From Chlorokybus atmophyticus (taxonomy: Eukaryota > Plantae > Mesostigma and Chlorokybus algae): a DNA stretch of 56,513 nucleotides. The stretch lies in assembly GCA_009103225.1 (NCBI GenBank), contig RHPI01000560.1, positions 1 through 56,513 of the forward strand, written 5' to 3'. Positions 34,542-47,269 of the stretch are shown here, one piece after another (positions within the stretch are counted from its first letter, which is position 1; each line of letters opens with the position of its first letter). The notes under the pieces were generated by a model that did not search any database, was not told the DNA's origin, and saw only the letters and a program-made list of their open reading frames with translations. The translations under genes were made by a program, and so were the position numbers.

Positions 34542-35943
34542 GAGGAGAGGAGAGGAGAGAAGAGTGCTTGTGTACAGAGGATGTGTTGGTGTGTGTGGCT
34601 GCTGAGCTCTGGGAGAGAGGGGTGGACTTGGTTTCTTGCGTGCCTGTCCATGCCATCGGTGTATATACGAGAGGCACTGCAGTGTTGTGGTAACATGAGG
34701 GAGGGGGCGACAGTGGTGTATACAAAATGGCGGCACTATGAACTGAGATGCGGACTTGTGCAACACCCTGATCGTGTGCTGTGATGTGATGAGACCGCAG
34801 CTGCGTTGCGCCTGATGCATGCTAGGGTTGAGTCCCTGTGTACTGCAGTAGCGAGCTGTTGGCCTTCAAGTTGCGCAGTAGTGTGCATCTCACTAAAATG
34901 TGCATCTATAACCACATCAACGCACAACCCGGCCTATTTATGGGAAGATCTTGTAGACCACAATTCACTGTTCCTTCTTTTATACATCACGGTCTGCCAA
35001 CTCCGGGCAGCGCCACTCGGTGTTGGTGTGATAAAGCAGTCAGAACCAAGCATGTGGGTGGTGAATGTATCCTGCTGCAATTGGCGTGTGCGTGCGTTGT
35101 GTGCATGTACCTGGGCGATCAGGCGGACGGGGGGTCTGGCTCTGTCCTGTGAGCAATGTCCACTGCTCTCTTGATGTCAGTCATGCTGCATACTACACTT
35201 ACACCCTTTGCTTTCCTCCATCCTCCCACACCCACCCAATCTGTAACATGAACTTCCTGCAGCCAGTTGCTAGTAGTTTATTAATCATCGATCCACACCC
35301 GCAAGTTATAGGCCGCAAGACGGCACTGGATGGCTCCAAGCCCTGCGAGTTTTCTTTACTTTTGATGATGAGGCCACGCATACAGGCATCATGTTGCTGA
35401 TGGCACTGTGCTTGCATGCGTGCATAGTCAATCGTCGTAACTGCATCATGCTGTCGCGTCTGGCAACTAGTGCACTACATATGTTGTCACCCACACCGTG
35501 TGACATGGTCGCATGGCATCCTGCAGACAAGCACTTGCAGCAGCTGCAGCAGCATAAGTAAAAGAACAAGGTTTCAGCAAATGTCGGTGTTGATGCCAAC
35601 ATTGCTGTGTGCTACCCTCGTATAACCTACTCAAACCAATAACTGAACTACGGGTATATAAGTACTTATACCTACCACTACTGAGCGTACAACCTTACCA
35701 CAAGTGGCTTGGTCTTATGCTACAACAATATGTCTATTACACATACGCACTCAACCCGCGCATACCACGGCAACTGCCTTATTTGCTAGTCTTGTGAACA
35801 GTCCAGCAGCGCTTTGTGTCACAACAGCACTACCGCAAAGTAAGGTACTGGTCTTCGAACTATGCTGGGGAGATCCACAAGTGGAAGCATACATTGCATG
35901 TCTTCATGTAGAACTTTCCCAGCACCTCGTTCACGTGCGCATG

Positions 35944-36366
35944 TCACTCTTCATCCGCGCGCATGGTGGTGTAGGCCCGTCTGGCCTGCTGCTTGGCCTT
36001 GTTGTTGGCAGTGTTGCCCTGGATGAGACTGCGGCGGTAGCTGCTGCTGCTGCTGCTGCCATACTCACCATGCATGGCCACCTTCTCCTCTTCTTCCAGT
36101 GCTAGCAGGGCCGGCAGACGCGCTGAGAACTCCCCCACGCCGAAGATGTCCTCCACCTCTGCGCATGGCACAACAGCAGCGTGAGTGAGATGACATTTGT
36201 TGCAAGTGTTGCGAGTGTGTGTGACATGTGATGATGCGCACGCACCATAGTCTGCGTCAGTGCCATAGAGGAGGCCTGCGCCGTGCTCGTTGGTGCCGTG
36301 GGTGACAGGCACGCCATTGCTGTCGTAGCGGACGCGTGCGGTTTGCCCTGGACAAGTTGACATGAT

Positions 36367-36427
<61 letters not shown>

Positions 36428-37533
36428 TTACCAAGGACACCATGTGCGGACTCAGACAGGCCCATGGTATCACTCACGCCGAAGTTGACATGCGCGGCCT
36501 CAAATACAACAGTCACTCTAATTCCGAGGCTGTCCGCGCTGACAATTACAGAGCTCTCCGACACACTCACTATCACGCCGCCACTGATGATGTTGTGGCC
36601 CTCCTCCAGGTGAGTGCCATTGTCCGCAAAGTACGCGCCACCACCGTTCCCTAATGCCGGCATTCCTCCCGCAATCTCACCCTTGTGCTGCACAGTGGGA
36701 AGGTACACATCAGGTCGACATATGCACAGAGACAGCCCGTTGATGTGCGTGCTTGCGTGCGCGCGCACACGCACACGTGTCAAGCGTGTGTACACAGCCA
36801 CCTGCGCACACGTGTGTACACGACAGTGTGCGCGCGCTGTGTGTGTGCGCGTGTACCTGGGCAATGAGGCGGATGGGGGTCTGGTCCGGTGCGGGTATTT
36901 CAATGGCGATGTCGGTCATGTAGGTGTTGGCAGGGCGCGTGGGGATGCCGCCGGGTTCGGAAAAGTGCGCTGCAAGCCAGAAGCCCGTCTCGGGGTCATA
37001 CACCAGTGCATAGTTGCGCCCCTTGCCCTCTTCCGTCATCCCAGCACCCTGTTCACCGTCCCAAGTCAGTCACACACAACCCACAACAACGACAATGACG
37101 ACAACGACGATGACAACAACAACGACAACAGCCGTGCCTGGAAGTTGAACTTCTGGGAGTTGAAGCCGGTCAAGTGGGGGTCCCCGCAGCCGGTAGCAGA
37201 CGTTGGGGGTGAGGGACAGACCGAGCAACTGCAATCACATTCCAGCGTACGCTCGCATTCCCCCGTCGGGATGCCGTTCTTGCCTTTCTCGGCCACGCAG
37301 GAAATGCCGCAGGAGCCGCTGCAGACTTGGCCTTTGGGGCAGCCGGATGAACGGCAGGTGGCGTGGCCATGCGGCACGCAGATTCCCAGTCCCAGCAAAA
37401 AGTCGCACCTTGCACTGCCAAAGTCCGCCGCGCACACCGCTGCGGTGGCCGGCACATGTTCCAAGAGCAACGCTGCCACAACTGCCGCCAGCGACAGGAA
37501 AAGAGTTCCTCTCCCTACCATGACTTGCGCCAT
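35944..37533 (-). CDS. Secreted Cys-rich + vWD/Root_cap-like protein, paralogue B (5 exons, apparently intact)
   Basis: Signal peptide, Cys-rich domain, CGDPHLTGFNSQKFNFQ-G, RNYALV, LSESAHGVLG-QT (Root_cap-type HGVLGQT), tail with RRSL. Intron 1 (37049-37137) is GC-AG. Confidence 0.85.
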
Positions 37534-39299
37534 GCGGACGTTCCTTGGCTGCTACCACCAGAGGTACATACACACTCTCTTCTTATAACCTTCTGTATAC
37601 ACACAATGTTTGCACCGCTGTAGCTAGCTAATAGCTAGCTGCAGCGTGGGCAAGGCTGCTATATAAGCAGCCTTGCCCACGCTGCAGTGCATACCTGTCG
37701 TGGACACGTATAGTAAGTTTTTCAGCGGCAGCCAATTGCAACGCACAGCGACCCCAAGGCTGCACCGTGTAGGTGTAGGTGTAGGTGTAGGCTTACAGCC
37801 TGATATGTTAGCCAATCATGTGTCCATTTGTGTCGGACTATTCACGCCGTGTGAAAGTTGACAGCAAGCAGGGGCCACCGCCTTGCGTGACTGCTTCCTT
37901 GCCGACAAAGGCGCATTCTGCTAGCCCTAACCGTAACTGACCTGGCCCAGGGGAACTGGCAAGTTGCTGGGTAAGTTGCCCACCAACGGCGATGCAACAT
38001 GGCAAATGGCATCATGGCGACAGTGGCAACTCATGCCCATTATCGGTGCAGAACACATTGAATTGATTGAAGCATATGCTCGCATCGGACACTGCCGCAG
38101 GACAGTTATCGGTATGAAAGGACCTGCATGCTTACCATGTTTGCGCATGCACGCTGAGGCCGCGTGCAAAACGCCTCCCGTTTTGTGTTTTCGTGTGACC
38201 ACACGAGAATGAAAATGCTATTTTCCTTCTGTTATAAGAAGATTCAAGGTAAAGCGCCAAATCAAGAGAACCGCAGGTAGTCGCACTTGACATTGTATTT
38301 CGGCTGAAAACCATGTTTGGTGCCCATTGTATGTTAGCGGTTAATCATTGATGTTGAGTGGTAGGGTGTGCAACAGTTAAAGTGATAATTGCTGACGGCA
38401 GATGTTTGGGGTATGAGGCCCCCCCCAACCTCGTACCACCAAAAACGCGCGCATATAACTGTCGCTAAGTTAGTGCCCAAGCTTGTACTCGGACTCGCCG
38501 TTAAGAATGGCGTTACCACTTAGATGCCTTTAAAATATTTTTTGAGCATTTTTACAATGATTAGCATTTTTTTGCCTTTTTGTGGCAACGGCCCTTGTCA
38601 GGTCTAAACACCATTTGCTGTATAGTGTATACAACCGAATGGTGGTCCAACGGCGCTTTTTTCCATTTGGTTAAACCTTAACGTTAAGGTGTTTAAGGTT
38701 AGCATCATTTTGCTGATCGTAACCTTTGCAATATGCACTGTGAACCGCTGCACGTAACGTGGTAAAAACATTATTATTCAATGTACTACCTTAATAAGTG
38801 TGTTACATGCTTATACCATATGGACCATATGAAATCATATGCCGCCATATGTTAAACTTGTTGTGCTCATTTTGGACGTTTATTCGCATATATTTTGAGC
38901 AGTCGCATGACTTGGGGATGTGCTACGGACGGTCGAGACTGTCACAAATAGCTTGAACGGACAATAAATGGTAGTCGCCGTTTTGCCAATGAGAGGCAGG
39001 CGGGCCGCGCATTCCTCGCAGCCCGGTTGTAGCGGGTGCTGTATGTCATGGCCACTGGTGGCCTTGCGCGTGTGATGTGTTTGTGTGCCCTAGTGCCGGC
39101 CGGCCAAACGATATTACTTAGTTAACTACGATAACGAGTGCGTGCGCACATAGCACAATATGTCGCCATATATACACCGTGTATTGTCATGATTGCACCA
39201 TATTGTGACGATATGGGTCTTTGGTGATGGCGGCGGCTTTGGCAGCGGTGGCAATTGAGGTGTATGCTTATCGAGAACGGTGTGTCATGCACTATGAAT

Positions 39300-42200
39300 T
39301 GCAAGCAACATTGCGATTTATCTCAGCACTGCGAATTGCGGAACGAGTGCAATAATATGCTCTCCTCCTGGCAAGATGCGCAACGTAAGTTTGTCACAGA
39401 ATTGCAATGTTGTTCATTGTGCCTACCTTGCCGATATGTTCATGGCACATTTCTCCAAGTTTAAGAGTAGTCACTACAGATGCGATCGTTTTTCCCATGG
39501 ATCCAAGTGTTTCAACTACATCGTGTTGCACAGCGCAGTGTACATTCGCAAGCTATTAGAGGCACACCCCATGGCAGTGCAGTTGTCCATTGTGAACACG
39601 TCCATTTTGCTTAAAAACTTATATGACCCATACAGTTTCACTTTTGGCCGAGTGCCGCAGTTGAATATGATCACAGTCCGCTCATCACCTGGGACAGATT
39701 CACACACCAGCATGCTACGTTCTTGCTCGAGTTTTTGGGTGAGCTATCATCTTCCAACACACTGGTGCAGAAGTATCAGCCCTTGGCAGAAAAAACCATT
39801 CGGATACGATACGATACGATGCTATCCAAGCTGTTGGTTCTTATACTATTCACAGTATAGTGACTCGTGCACAAGATCGCAATTCTTTGAACATTGCTGG
39901 CGAATCAAAATACACATTTAACCACCTTATTGCCATTTCCTTCTCGCAGCACGGTTGAAGTTACAGTGGACACCATGTTGCGCGCTGGACATGTGTTGAT
40001 GTGAGACCCACGTGTACCACTATTAATACACATGCATGCACGTGGTGCGTATAACATTCTCCCTTAATGGTGATGTGTACAGCCGACTGTTAGAGTAGGT
40101 CAAGTATCGTCTCATGCAATCCGTATCAGTTTTCACATTGTACAAGCTCTATTTGCTGCTGATGTACCAAATTCGTCAACCACTTCTTGCAGTCGGTAAA
40201 TGCTGCGAAGTCGCTGTTGACGATGATATCCAACAATTCCTCAAACAGCGACCAACTGCAACGATCCACGACGCTATAAAATTGCTGAGAAATATTGTTT
40301 TCCTGGTGACATCGTGGGGTCTCTAAGTTGGCATCGCCAAAAGTTGAGTGAGCTTGTGTTCAGTTGAGCATTGGGGTATGCCTCATCTATGTATGACTAT
40401 GACTGCAGATGAAGTATCGATTGTGCCACACCTGACAAAGTGAAGAGGATCACAATGTACAACTACTTTCAACAATGTATGCACAAACATGCAGTCATGG
40501 TTCCACATCACACGGTGCGTTCTTTAAGAAACAGATTGAACGCAAATGTTTACGACTTAGTTGCCCCTCGAATCATCGAGTTTGCTGACTACCATCATGT
40601 GAAAAGCATTGAGGGATTTCACTTCGTTCAACTGTCATCTTTCGTCCAGAAGTGGCCTTGCTATCTTTAAACACTGAATCACGCACTTACTATGAAGAAT
40701 ATGTGTTTTAGTCTCATTAATAACACCAACCGCAACACAATGACACATGTCACACGCTATGCTGAACGTCATTCGTACAATGACGCTAATACTCACAATA
40801 TAATAAACACCATAATGCCACGATAAACACTGATCCGCTATTGATGCCTTGTCAAGGGCAGCAGTCGCTCCAGCGATGGGCACCAATCTTGCGTCAGACA
40901 ACACTACCATGCAGAATGCAACAGCAACAACGTCCAATCCTGCATCACCAGCTCTGACTATTACAATGAACTCAGATTTAGATACTCCTTTGTTTCCAGA
41001 TACATTGAATTTGAAGGAATATGCGTGTGTAAACAACATGCCTTTGACCATCCAGCAAGAATCCACTGCAGGTAGCATTATTGCGACACCAATTGGTTTA
41101 CATGTAATATATGGTTGTCATAAAGCAGGAAAAACATTCATGACCAAAAACATCCACAAGTTGCGCGAATCGAGCATACCTATCCTGCTTAGTGCTACAA
41201 CTGGCGCTGCAGCTTTGCAGCTCAGCTCATCAGTATCAACTGTACATTCCAACATTGCAATACCTGTTAACGGTCAGCAACTATGATGTTTAACTATGCA
41301 TGATGCTTACAAACTTCCACATCATTGTCGTGTGTTTATTATTGATGAGTTTTCTATGATAATCGTGCTTGTTGGATTTGCTGATGCTACGTTTACAGCA
41401 AGTTTATGGAGCAGAGTTTATGCAATCAATTAGTGTTGTATTGCTTAGTGACCACAAGCAGCTGCACGCAGTTTGTAAACGCAAAGTTCATGACGCAGCT
41501 CAGGATTGCCACAAATGTCATACTTTTGCATCACAAAGGTGGCCATTTCGTAAGCAACACATTCTATCTGTTTCTGTGCGTTATGCTTCAGACCCTCAGT
41601 CTATAGAATTTTCAACTCAGATTCGTTCTGGCATTCCTAGTGCCACATAAATGATAACATAGCAGATGTCTTGGGGTGCTGTGTTGCTACTTCGGAATAT
41701 ACAACAGTTACCCAGTTTCACTACCATATTATGTTCAGATGTACAAGACACTTCCGCTTTTTACAACATGATTGTGTGAGACGACGTTTTATAGCAGATG
41801 CCATTGCAGGTGCAGATTACTTCCAATGCAGTGAATGTGCCAGAGCTGCAAGAACGGATCCACAAGCCCAAGATTAACCTATTACCATCAATTGCCAAGG
41901 GTGCAAAGGTGTTGGTGGTGAACAACGTTTCGCCGCAAGATGGTGTAGCCAATTGATCAATAGGAGCAGTGACACAATGACACAGATATTATAAAGGCAA
42001 TGTCAATAGTCTACAAATTACATTTGATCAATTGATGAAACCCATGTGGATGCGTCGAACGCTGTAGCAAACAACAACACTTAAGAGCAAAACGTATTGC
42101 AAGCTGTTTTTCCTTTCTAATTAGCGTATGCAATGACAGTTCATAGGACCCAAGGTGCACCTTACAGTAAACTCGTCGCAAATTTTACACGGTGACTGAC
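39300..42200 (+). pseudogene. Helitron-like RepHel relic; PIF1-family helicase motifs at 41100-42170
   Basis: YGCHKAGKTF (degenerate Walker A), LLSATTGAAA, STVHS, FIIDEFSM, VVLLSDHKQL, KGAKVLVVNNV...GVAN, LAYAMTVHRTQG, with many stops and frameshifts. The Rep half is only weakly recognisable. Confidence 0.7.
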
Positions 42201-45200
42201 TAACAACTGAGAGACTGACGGGTGCCGGAGCCTGCCGGAGCCTGCCTACCGCTGCCTGTTACTTATAGACTGTTTGGTTTGCCCTTTGCTTCTATGGACT
42301 GACGCAAACGGCCGCGGGCCGAAAGTGGTTGTCAGTGGCACTGACCGGCAGAGAGTTGTCAACCAGTTACCCTTTGGTCGATGTGCACAGACGGTCGTTA
42401 GCCGGTAGTCACGGACAGCTGAAAGCAATAGCCGGCAGTTTCCTTGCCGTTACATTGCTGTTAATATGTGACCCTTACCGTTTGACAAAAGTTGGCAATT
42501 CGGGCTGTAGGCCAACACTAACATGCCATGCAGCTTGTACAAACCGTTTATAGATTGTTTGGTCTTGCAACCATAAGCCCACAATATATACAAGATACCG
42601 GCAGTGGTGAGAGTATGTTCACTTGCAACTGAGCAGCCGACTTGTGCATGAAACTACATACAACATTGAGTATAGCTGTCGCACTCATGCGCAGCTTGTC
42701 AACCCGTGGTGCCTGCCTCAGAACTCCTCCTCAACCCCCTCCTTTTGTTCCTCCTGTGACAATCTTTTGCTTTCACATCGGAGTCATCTTCTGCCTCGCT
42801 CGCTAACAATACAGCGGCTACTTCGTTCTTCAGCTTGAATGTCAGCACCTCGCCGTGCACGCGCATGCGCTTGATGGTCGCTTTGAGAGTGATCATCTGC
42901 ATTTGGTAATGCTGTAAGAGTGGCTAGCTGCCAGAGGACTAGCCCATCAGCATACACATGCTTACCGCGTCTTCCGCTTTGTTGCACTTCGCCAGGCAAA
43001 CAGTCAGCCTGCCGCGCTGCTCCTAGTTCACTCTCACAAACATGGCAATCTGCAAGCATACTGCTTAATTGCCGCTGGAAACAATAAACTAGGTCATGGA
43101 TTACCCGTTCGTGGTACTCCGTAGCTTCTGTTTTGCAACCTGAGCTCCCGTAAGTAGAAATAGGGTGTGCATTTGCGAGATTGGTCATGCTGTTCATGTG
43201 CATGACACTGGAGGCTGTGCATGAGGGTGTACATGTGGTATTCACAGTGTATGTCATGTGCAAGATACTTGAGGCTGTGCATGTGCAAGATAAAAGAACC
43301 CTAGCATGTGGCATTGACAATGCATTGTAATCGTAACCCACCTTGGTTATGCCAGTCTTGTTTGGTCCCTTCAATCATGTCGCCGTGGTCGCAGCTGCTG
43401 GTGGGTCGGATGTTCTTAGAGGTAGAATTGTGATGTGCCTTTGCCCACTCGGAGGGGGAGCCCTGTAAGATATCGCCCGAGTCACGGTTGTCATTGGCTG
43501 TGCCCTTGGTAGGCATGGTGGGGTTTGACACCAAGGACACCCCACCGGCACCTTGCCCGCCCTGTGCGAACATGGGTTTCATCCCGGACCTCGACCACAA
43601 CGCCCACTACGCCCCTGGCAGCGCCGCCAACGATCCACCGAAAGCCACATACCCTCGGCATCACCGCCCTATAAGGGCATAGCTTGGCGGAGCCATCCAT
43701 GGTGTTTTTATGCGCAGGGACTGGCATTGCCAGCACTTGTCAATAGTACGAACTGCTATTGCCACTGTACAAAGGTACCATTGAAATGGTACCTTTTGGC
43801 AAATGCATCTTCGTACGATTGAAACGGTTCAATCAGAGTATTTATGCAGACTCACCCCCACCTAGACATGCAATGGCTCGACCGTACCATAATAATGGTA
43901 TGACGGAGCCGTTACGCCAGTGAATGGCGGCCAAGTTTCTCGCCTCTGGTATGCAAGGGTAGCGGCGGCGGCGGCGGCTGTGCGTGTTGCTGAATATGAT
44001 GATGTTGGTTACATTGGCGACACCTGTATCGACGTCAGCAGTGATCTATGGGAGTTCTTTGTCCGTATTGCCACATGCGCTTCGCCACATGCAGCTCGGT
44101 CTACATGCACATTGTTAATAGCAGGGTGTGCAAGCAAATCAAGCTATATGTCGGCTAGCATCCATTACAGTACGATGCGGGTCATGTTGAACCGGGGAGT
44201 TCGATCCAGGATGCGCACATGCTTAATGCTGAAGGACCCCTCCAGGAGACACACGCACAACAGCAACAGGAGGAGGAGGAAGTGAACGAGGGCTTTCGAT
44301 GTGTGCGTGGGCCAGAGAAACCTGTGGCACGCCAATATGGAAGTGGAGGCGTCCCTTCGTACGCGTTGGAATTCAGGTGGTGGCTCGGAGCATGCTCTTG
44401 CATTGGCATTCGTGTGCAACAACGGCCAAGGCCTGTCGGCCTCCGACATGGGGCGGATCAGCAAATGCATCCGAAATGCACACTTCCTTACGAAAGAGCT
44501 ACAGTGGGAGACCGGTGTGCATGTGGCCAGCTACCCTTGGACCACAATTGCTTTCGCTTAGTCCGAGGTGTGTTCACGGTGTGCAGTGCATGTGCTTCAA
44601 CCATCAGAGCCATGTCACATAGGCACATGCGAGTGTGCTGCCGTATTAGAACTTCGTGACGGCTGACCTGCGCAAGCCTAGAGACTCTGAGGATTAGGAC
44701 CTCAGCGTCACATATATGCCGGCCAAGGTCTGTGAAATGCAGTATCTAATGCAGTATCTTTGCAGTATCTAATCTGAGCCAGCATGCCTGTTAATGCTCT
44801 TGGTCGGAGCAGGTATGGCTCGCGCGGTTGTATGGCAATCCACATGCCGCTAATGGCTTTAATTTCCGGTACAGTGGTGACGAGCACAGCTTTGGCCATT
44901 GTCATGCGCGAACATGTAGTGTCATGTGCATGGTGCCCTCGGGGCTGGCGGCATGGATGGACCTTGGGATTTCTGCTCTTGTAGCCATTTTACAGGGTTT
45001 GTGTGTTGGGTTTTTGTTGGGAACTCATGTTTGGGTCCTCATGAACGTGAGGGAGGTGTGTTCGAGGCGTATCTACAGTCAGATACCGAGCTGACAGCAT
45101 ATTTGAGTCATTATGGTATCCCGCGCAGCTGTTTTGGAGTTGTGACTTCGAGAAGCCATAACTTACAGTTGGAGTGGCGGTTTGGCCGTGGGTTGGCGTT

Positions 45201-45290
45201 AAAAGATGCGTCTTGCAGTGTACTTGAAGAGAATAGGCTTGGATAAGCCTTTTCTAACCGTCTACCGTTACTTATTAACGCCATCATGAC

Positions 45291-45689
45291 TGTTACTATG
45301 CTGGTGCAGACTGACAGTTAGGGTAGTTGGAGAGTTGGTTGGGCTTGGGCTCAACGGTGGTATATAAGGCTTTGATAGCTTGTTTCCTAATTTGGTTGGA
45401 TGCAAGTTGGCCTACTGGAGTGCAAGCAACACCTTTGGGAAGAGGTTCTTGGCTGAGCGGATGCTTGTGCACATGCTTGCATGTATGGTGTGTGTGCACG
45501 TGTTCGTTGCTGTGCATGAAGGGGTGTGTGTCACTGTTGCGACTTTGATGCACCGTATGGGCTGCCTTAGCATGTACATTGAGTGAGGATTGAGTTTGAA
45601 CTGCTCTACACGAGTGAACGGCTGATTGCAAGTCAAGTTGTGGTCATCTTGCCTACCTTTTGCAAGGGGACACGCATTTTTCACTTGCA
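45291..45689 (+). repeat. Probable 5' LTR of Ty3 family 2 (3' end supported, 5' start uncertain)
   Basis: TGTTAC start, TATATAA at 45361, ends CACTTGCA followed by a self-complementary PBS. No second LTR in the window. Confidence 0.55.
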
Positions 45690-45742
45690 TCCAACCCATC
45701 AGCCGAGTTTGCTCGAGGTAGAAGCAAGTTGCAGGCGAGTTC

Positions 45743-47269
45743 ATGCCCACCAGATTTGGAGAGGACTGGCAGTCACGCCCACCCAATCCGCCCTCGAAGA
45801 GAGGAGCGAAAGGAAGGATCACTCCGGTGGAGGAGGGCCTTGCCGAAGAGGTGGAGTTGTTGAGTGACAAGGAGTCCGACATCGAGGACGTGGGTGGAGA
45901 GATGCATGATTCAGTTGCAAGCATGGATAGCACACCGAAGTTCAATGGGAGGCCTGGCACGGCGGACCTACGGGACTTCATCGACCGCTTCGACTCCGAG
46001 ATGGTCAAATGGGAGTACCGGAACAAGTCGGGGTGGGACGAGCACAAAGCCTTCAAGATGTTGCCTCTACACCTCAAGGATGAAGCTCTTGGCACGTGGA
46101 GAGAGTTCAAGGAGCAGCTGGAGGTGAGGGAGAGGGCGTTGCGGCTCGGCGCACCGGCTGCGTTTGAAGCGGAGTGGAAGAAGGAGCAGCCCGTGACTGA
46201 GTTGAAGGCGCTCTTGAGTAAGACCTACCCACAATCAACACCCGCCAAGGTTCGTGAGCTGAGTTTCTTCAAGCGCAACGTTGGGGAGACGGCAAGGATG
46301 ATGTATACGCGCATGCTCAAGCTCTTGACGGACACGGACTACAAGGTGATGACGGATCAGACCGCGGCGGTTGTGTACCTTCAACAACTAGAGGCGGACT
46401 TGAGGCTGAAGGTGGAGACCATGTTGACCACTCAGTCCGAGTTCGGCACATACATGCTTGCGGATGTCTTCAAGGTGGCCGAGACGGCAAAAATTCAGCA
46501 TGAGTACCTCAAGAACATTGACCGGCAGCGTCGGGGGTTGAAGTTGCTAGAGATTTTGGAGGAGAAGAGCTCTTCCAAGCCCGCGGCGACATCGGCGGCA
46601 AGCAAGGCAGCTGGTGGGAAGCCGAAGGAGTTCAAGCACGCCAACAACGCGGTTGTGGAAGGTGTGTCGGGTGCCAAATGCTGGTCGTGTGGCGAGCAAG
46701 GCCATATTGCAAGGGATTGTGGGAAAGGCAAAAAGGTGGTGTGCTCTCATTGCAAGAAGGGCGGGCATGTCGATGCCAAGTGTTGGAGTAAGCATTCGGA
46801 GCTGCGTCCAAGACAAGGAGGGGCAGTCGGAGGTCACTCGAGTGTGAGAGCGGAGCCATCAATGTCGGAGGTGACAAAGGCATTGGCGGCAATGCAATCG
46901 GAGTATGCATCGTTGAAGAGCATGCTCGAGCGAGGGAAATGGCCCGAGAGAGGAGCGGAGGATAAGCCAAGCAGCTCCGGAGGCTACCTCACATATAGTG
47001 CGCTTCACGAAGGCACTAAGGTGGCAGCGGTTGCGACGACGAGAGCGTCGGCACGCCAAAACGCTGCACCAGCTCCCCCGACTAGGGTGGTTGAGGAGGA
47101 GGCCGCGCCCGTCCGCGAGGAGGGCGTGAATCATGATAGGATGCGGGCACCAGGATGCACGCATGCCTATGTCATTCAAGTTGCTGCCAACAACCCCGTT
47201 GGAGCAAGAGAGTTCGCGCTCGGAGGGTGCGAAAGTGCAGCCGACCGCTACGGCAACGGCGCAACATGA
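45743..47269 (+). CDS. Gag with two CCHC zinc knuckles
   Basis: 508-aa ORF; TPKFNGRPGTADLRDFIDRF, CWSCGEQGHIARDC, CSHCKKGGHVDAKC; homologous to family 1 gag (KVRELSFFKRNVGE vs KVEELRRFRRKPNE). Confidence 0.9.
   Translation: MPTRFGEDWQSRPPNPPSKRGAKGRITPVEEGLAEEVELLSDKESDIEDVGGEMHDSVASMDSTPKFNGRPGTADLRDFIDRFDSEMVKWEYRNKSGWDEHKAFKMLPLHLKDEALGTWREFKEQLEVRERALRLGAPAAFEAEWKKEQPVTELKALLSKTYPQSTPAKVRELSFFKRNVGETARMMYTRMLKLLTDTDYKVMTDQTAAVVYLQQLEADLRLKVETMLTTQSEFGTYMLADVFKVAETAKIQHEYLKNIDRQRRGLKLLEILEEKSSSKPAATSAASKAAGGKPKEFKHANNAVVEGVSGAKCWSCGEQGHIARDCGKGKKVVCSHCKKGGHVDAKCWSKHSELRPRQGGAVGGHSSVRAEPSMSEVTKALAAMQSEYASLKSMLERGKWPERGAEDKPSSSGGYLTYSALHEGTKVAAVATTRASARQNAAPAPPTRVVEEEAAPVREEGVNHDRMRAPGCTHAYVIQVAANNPVGAREFALGGCESAADRYGNGAT

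Noticed and set aside
42610-42630. TTCACTTGCA as another terminus of the palindrome-array element
   Set aside because: Lacks one base of the consensus end and is not preceded by the ACCAT-ATGGT array.
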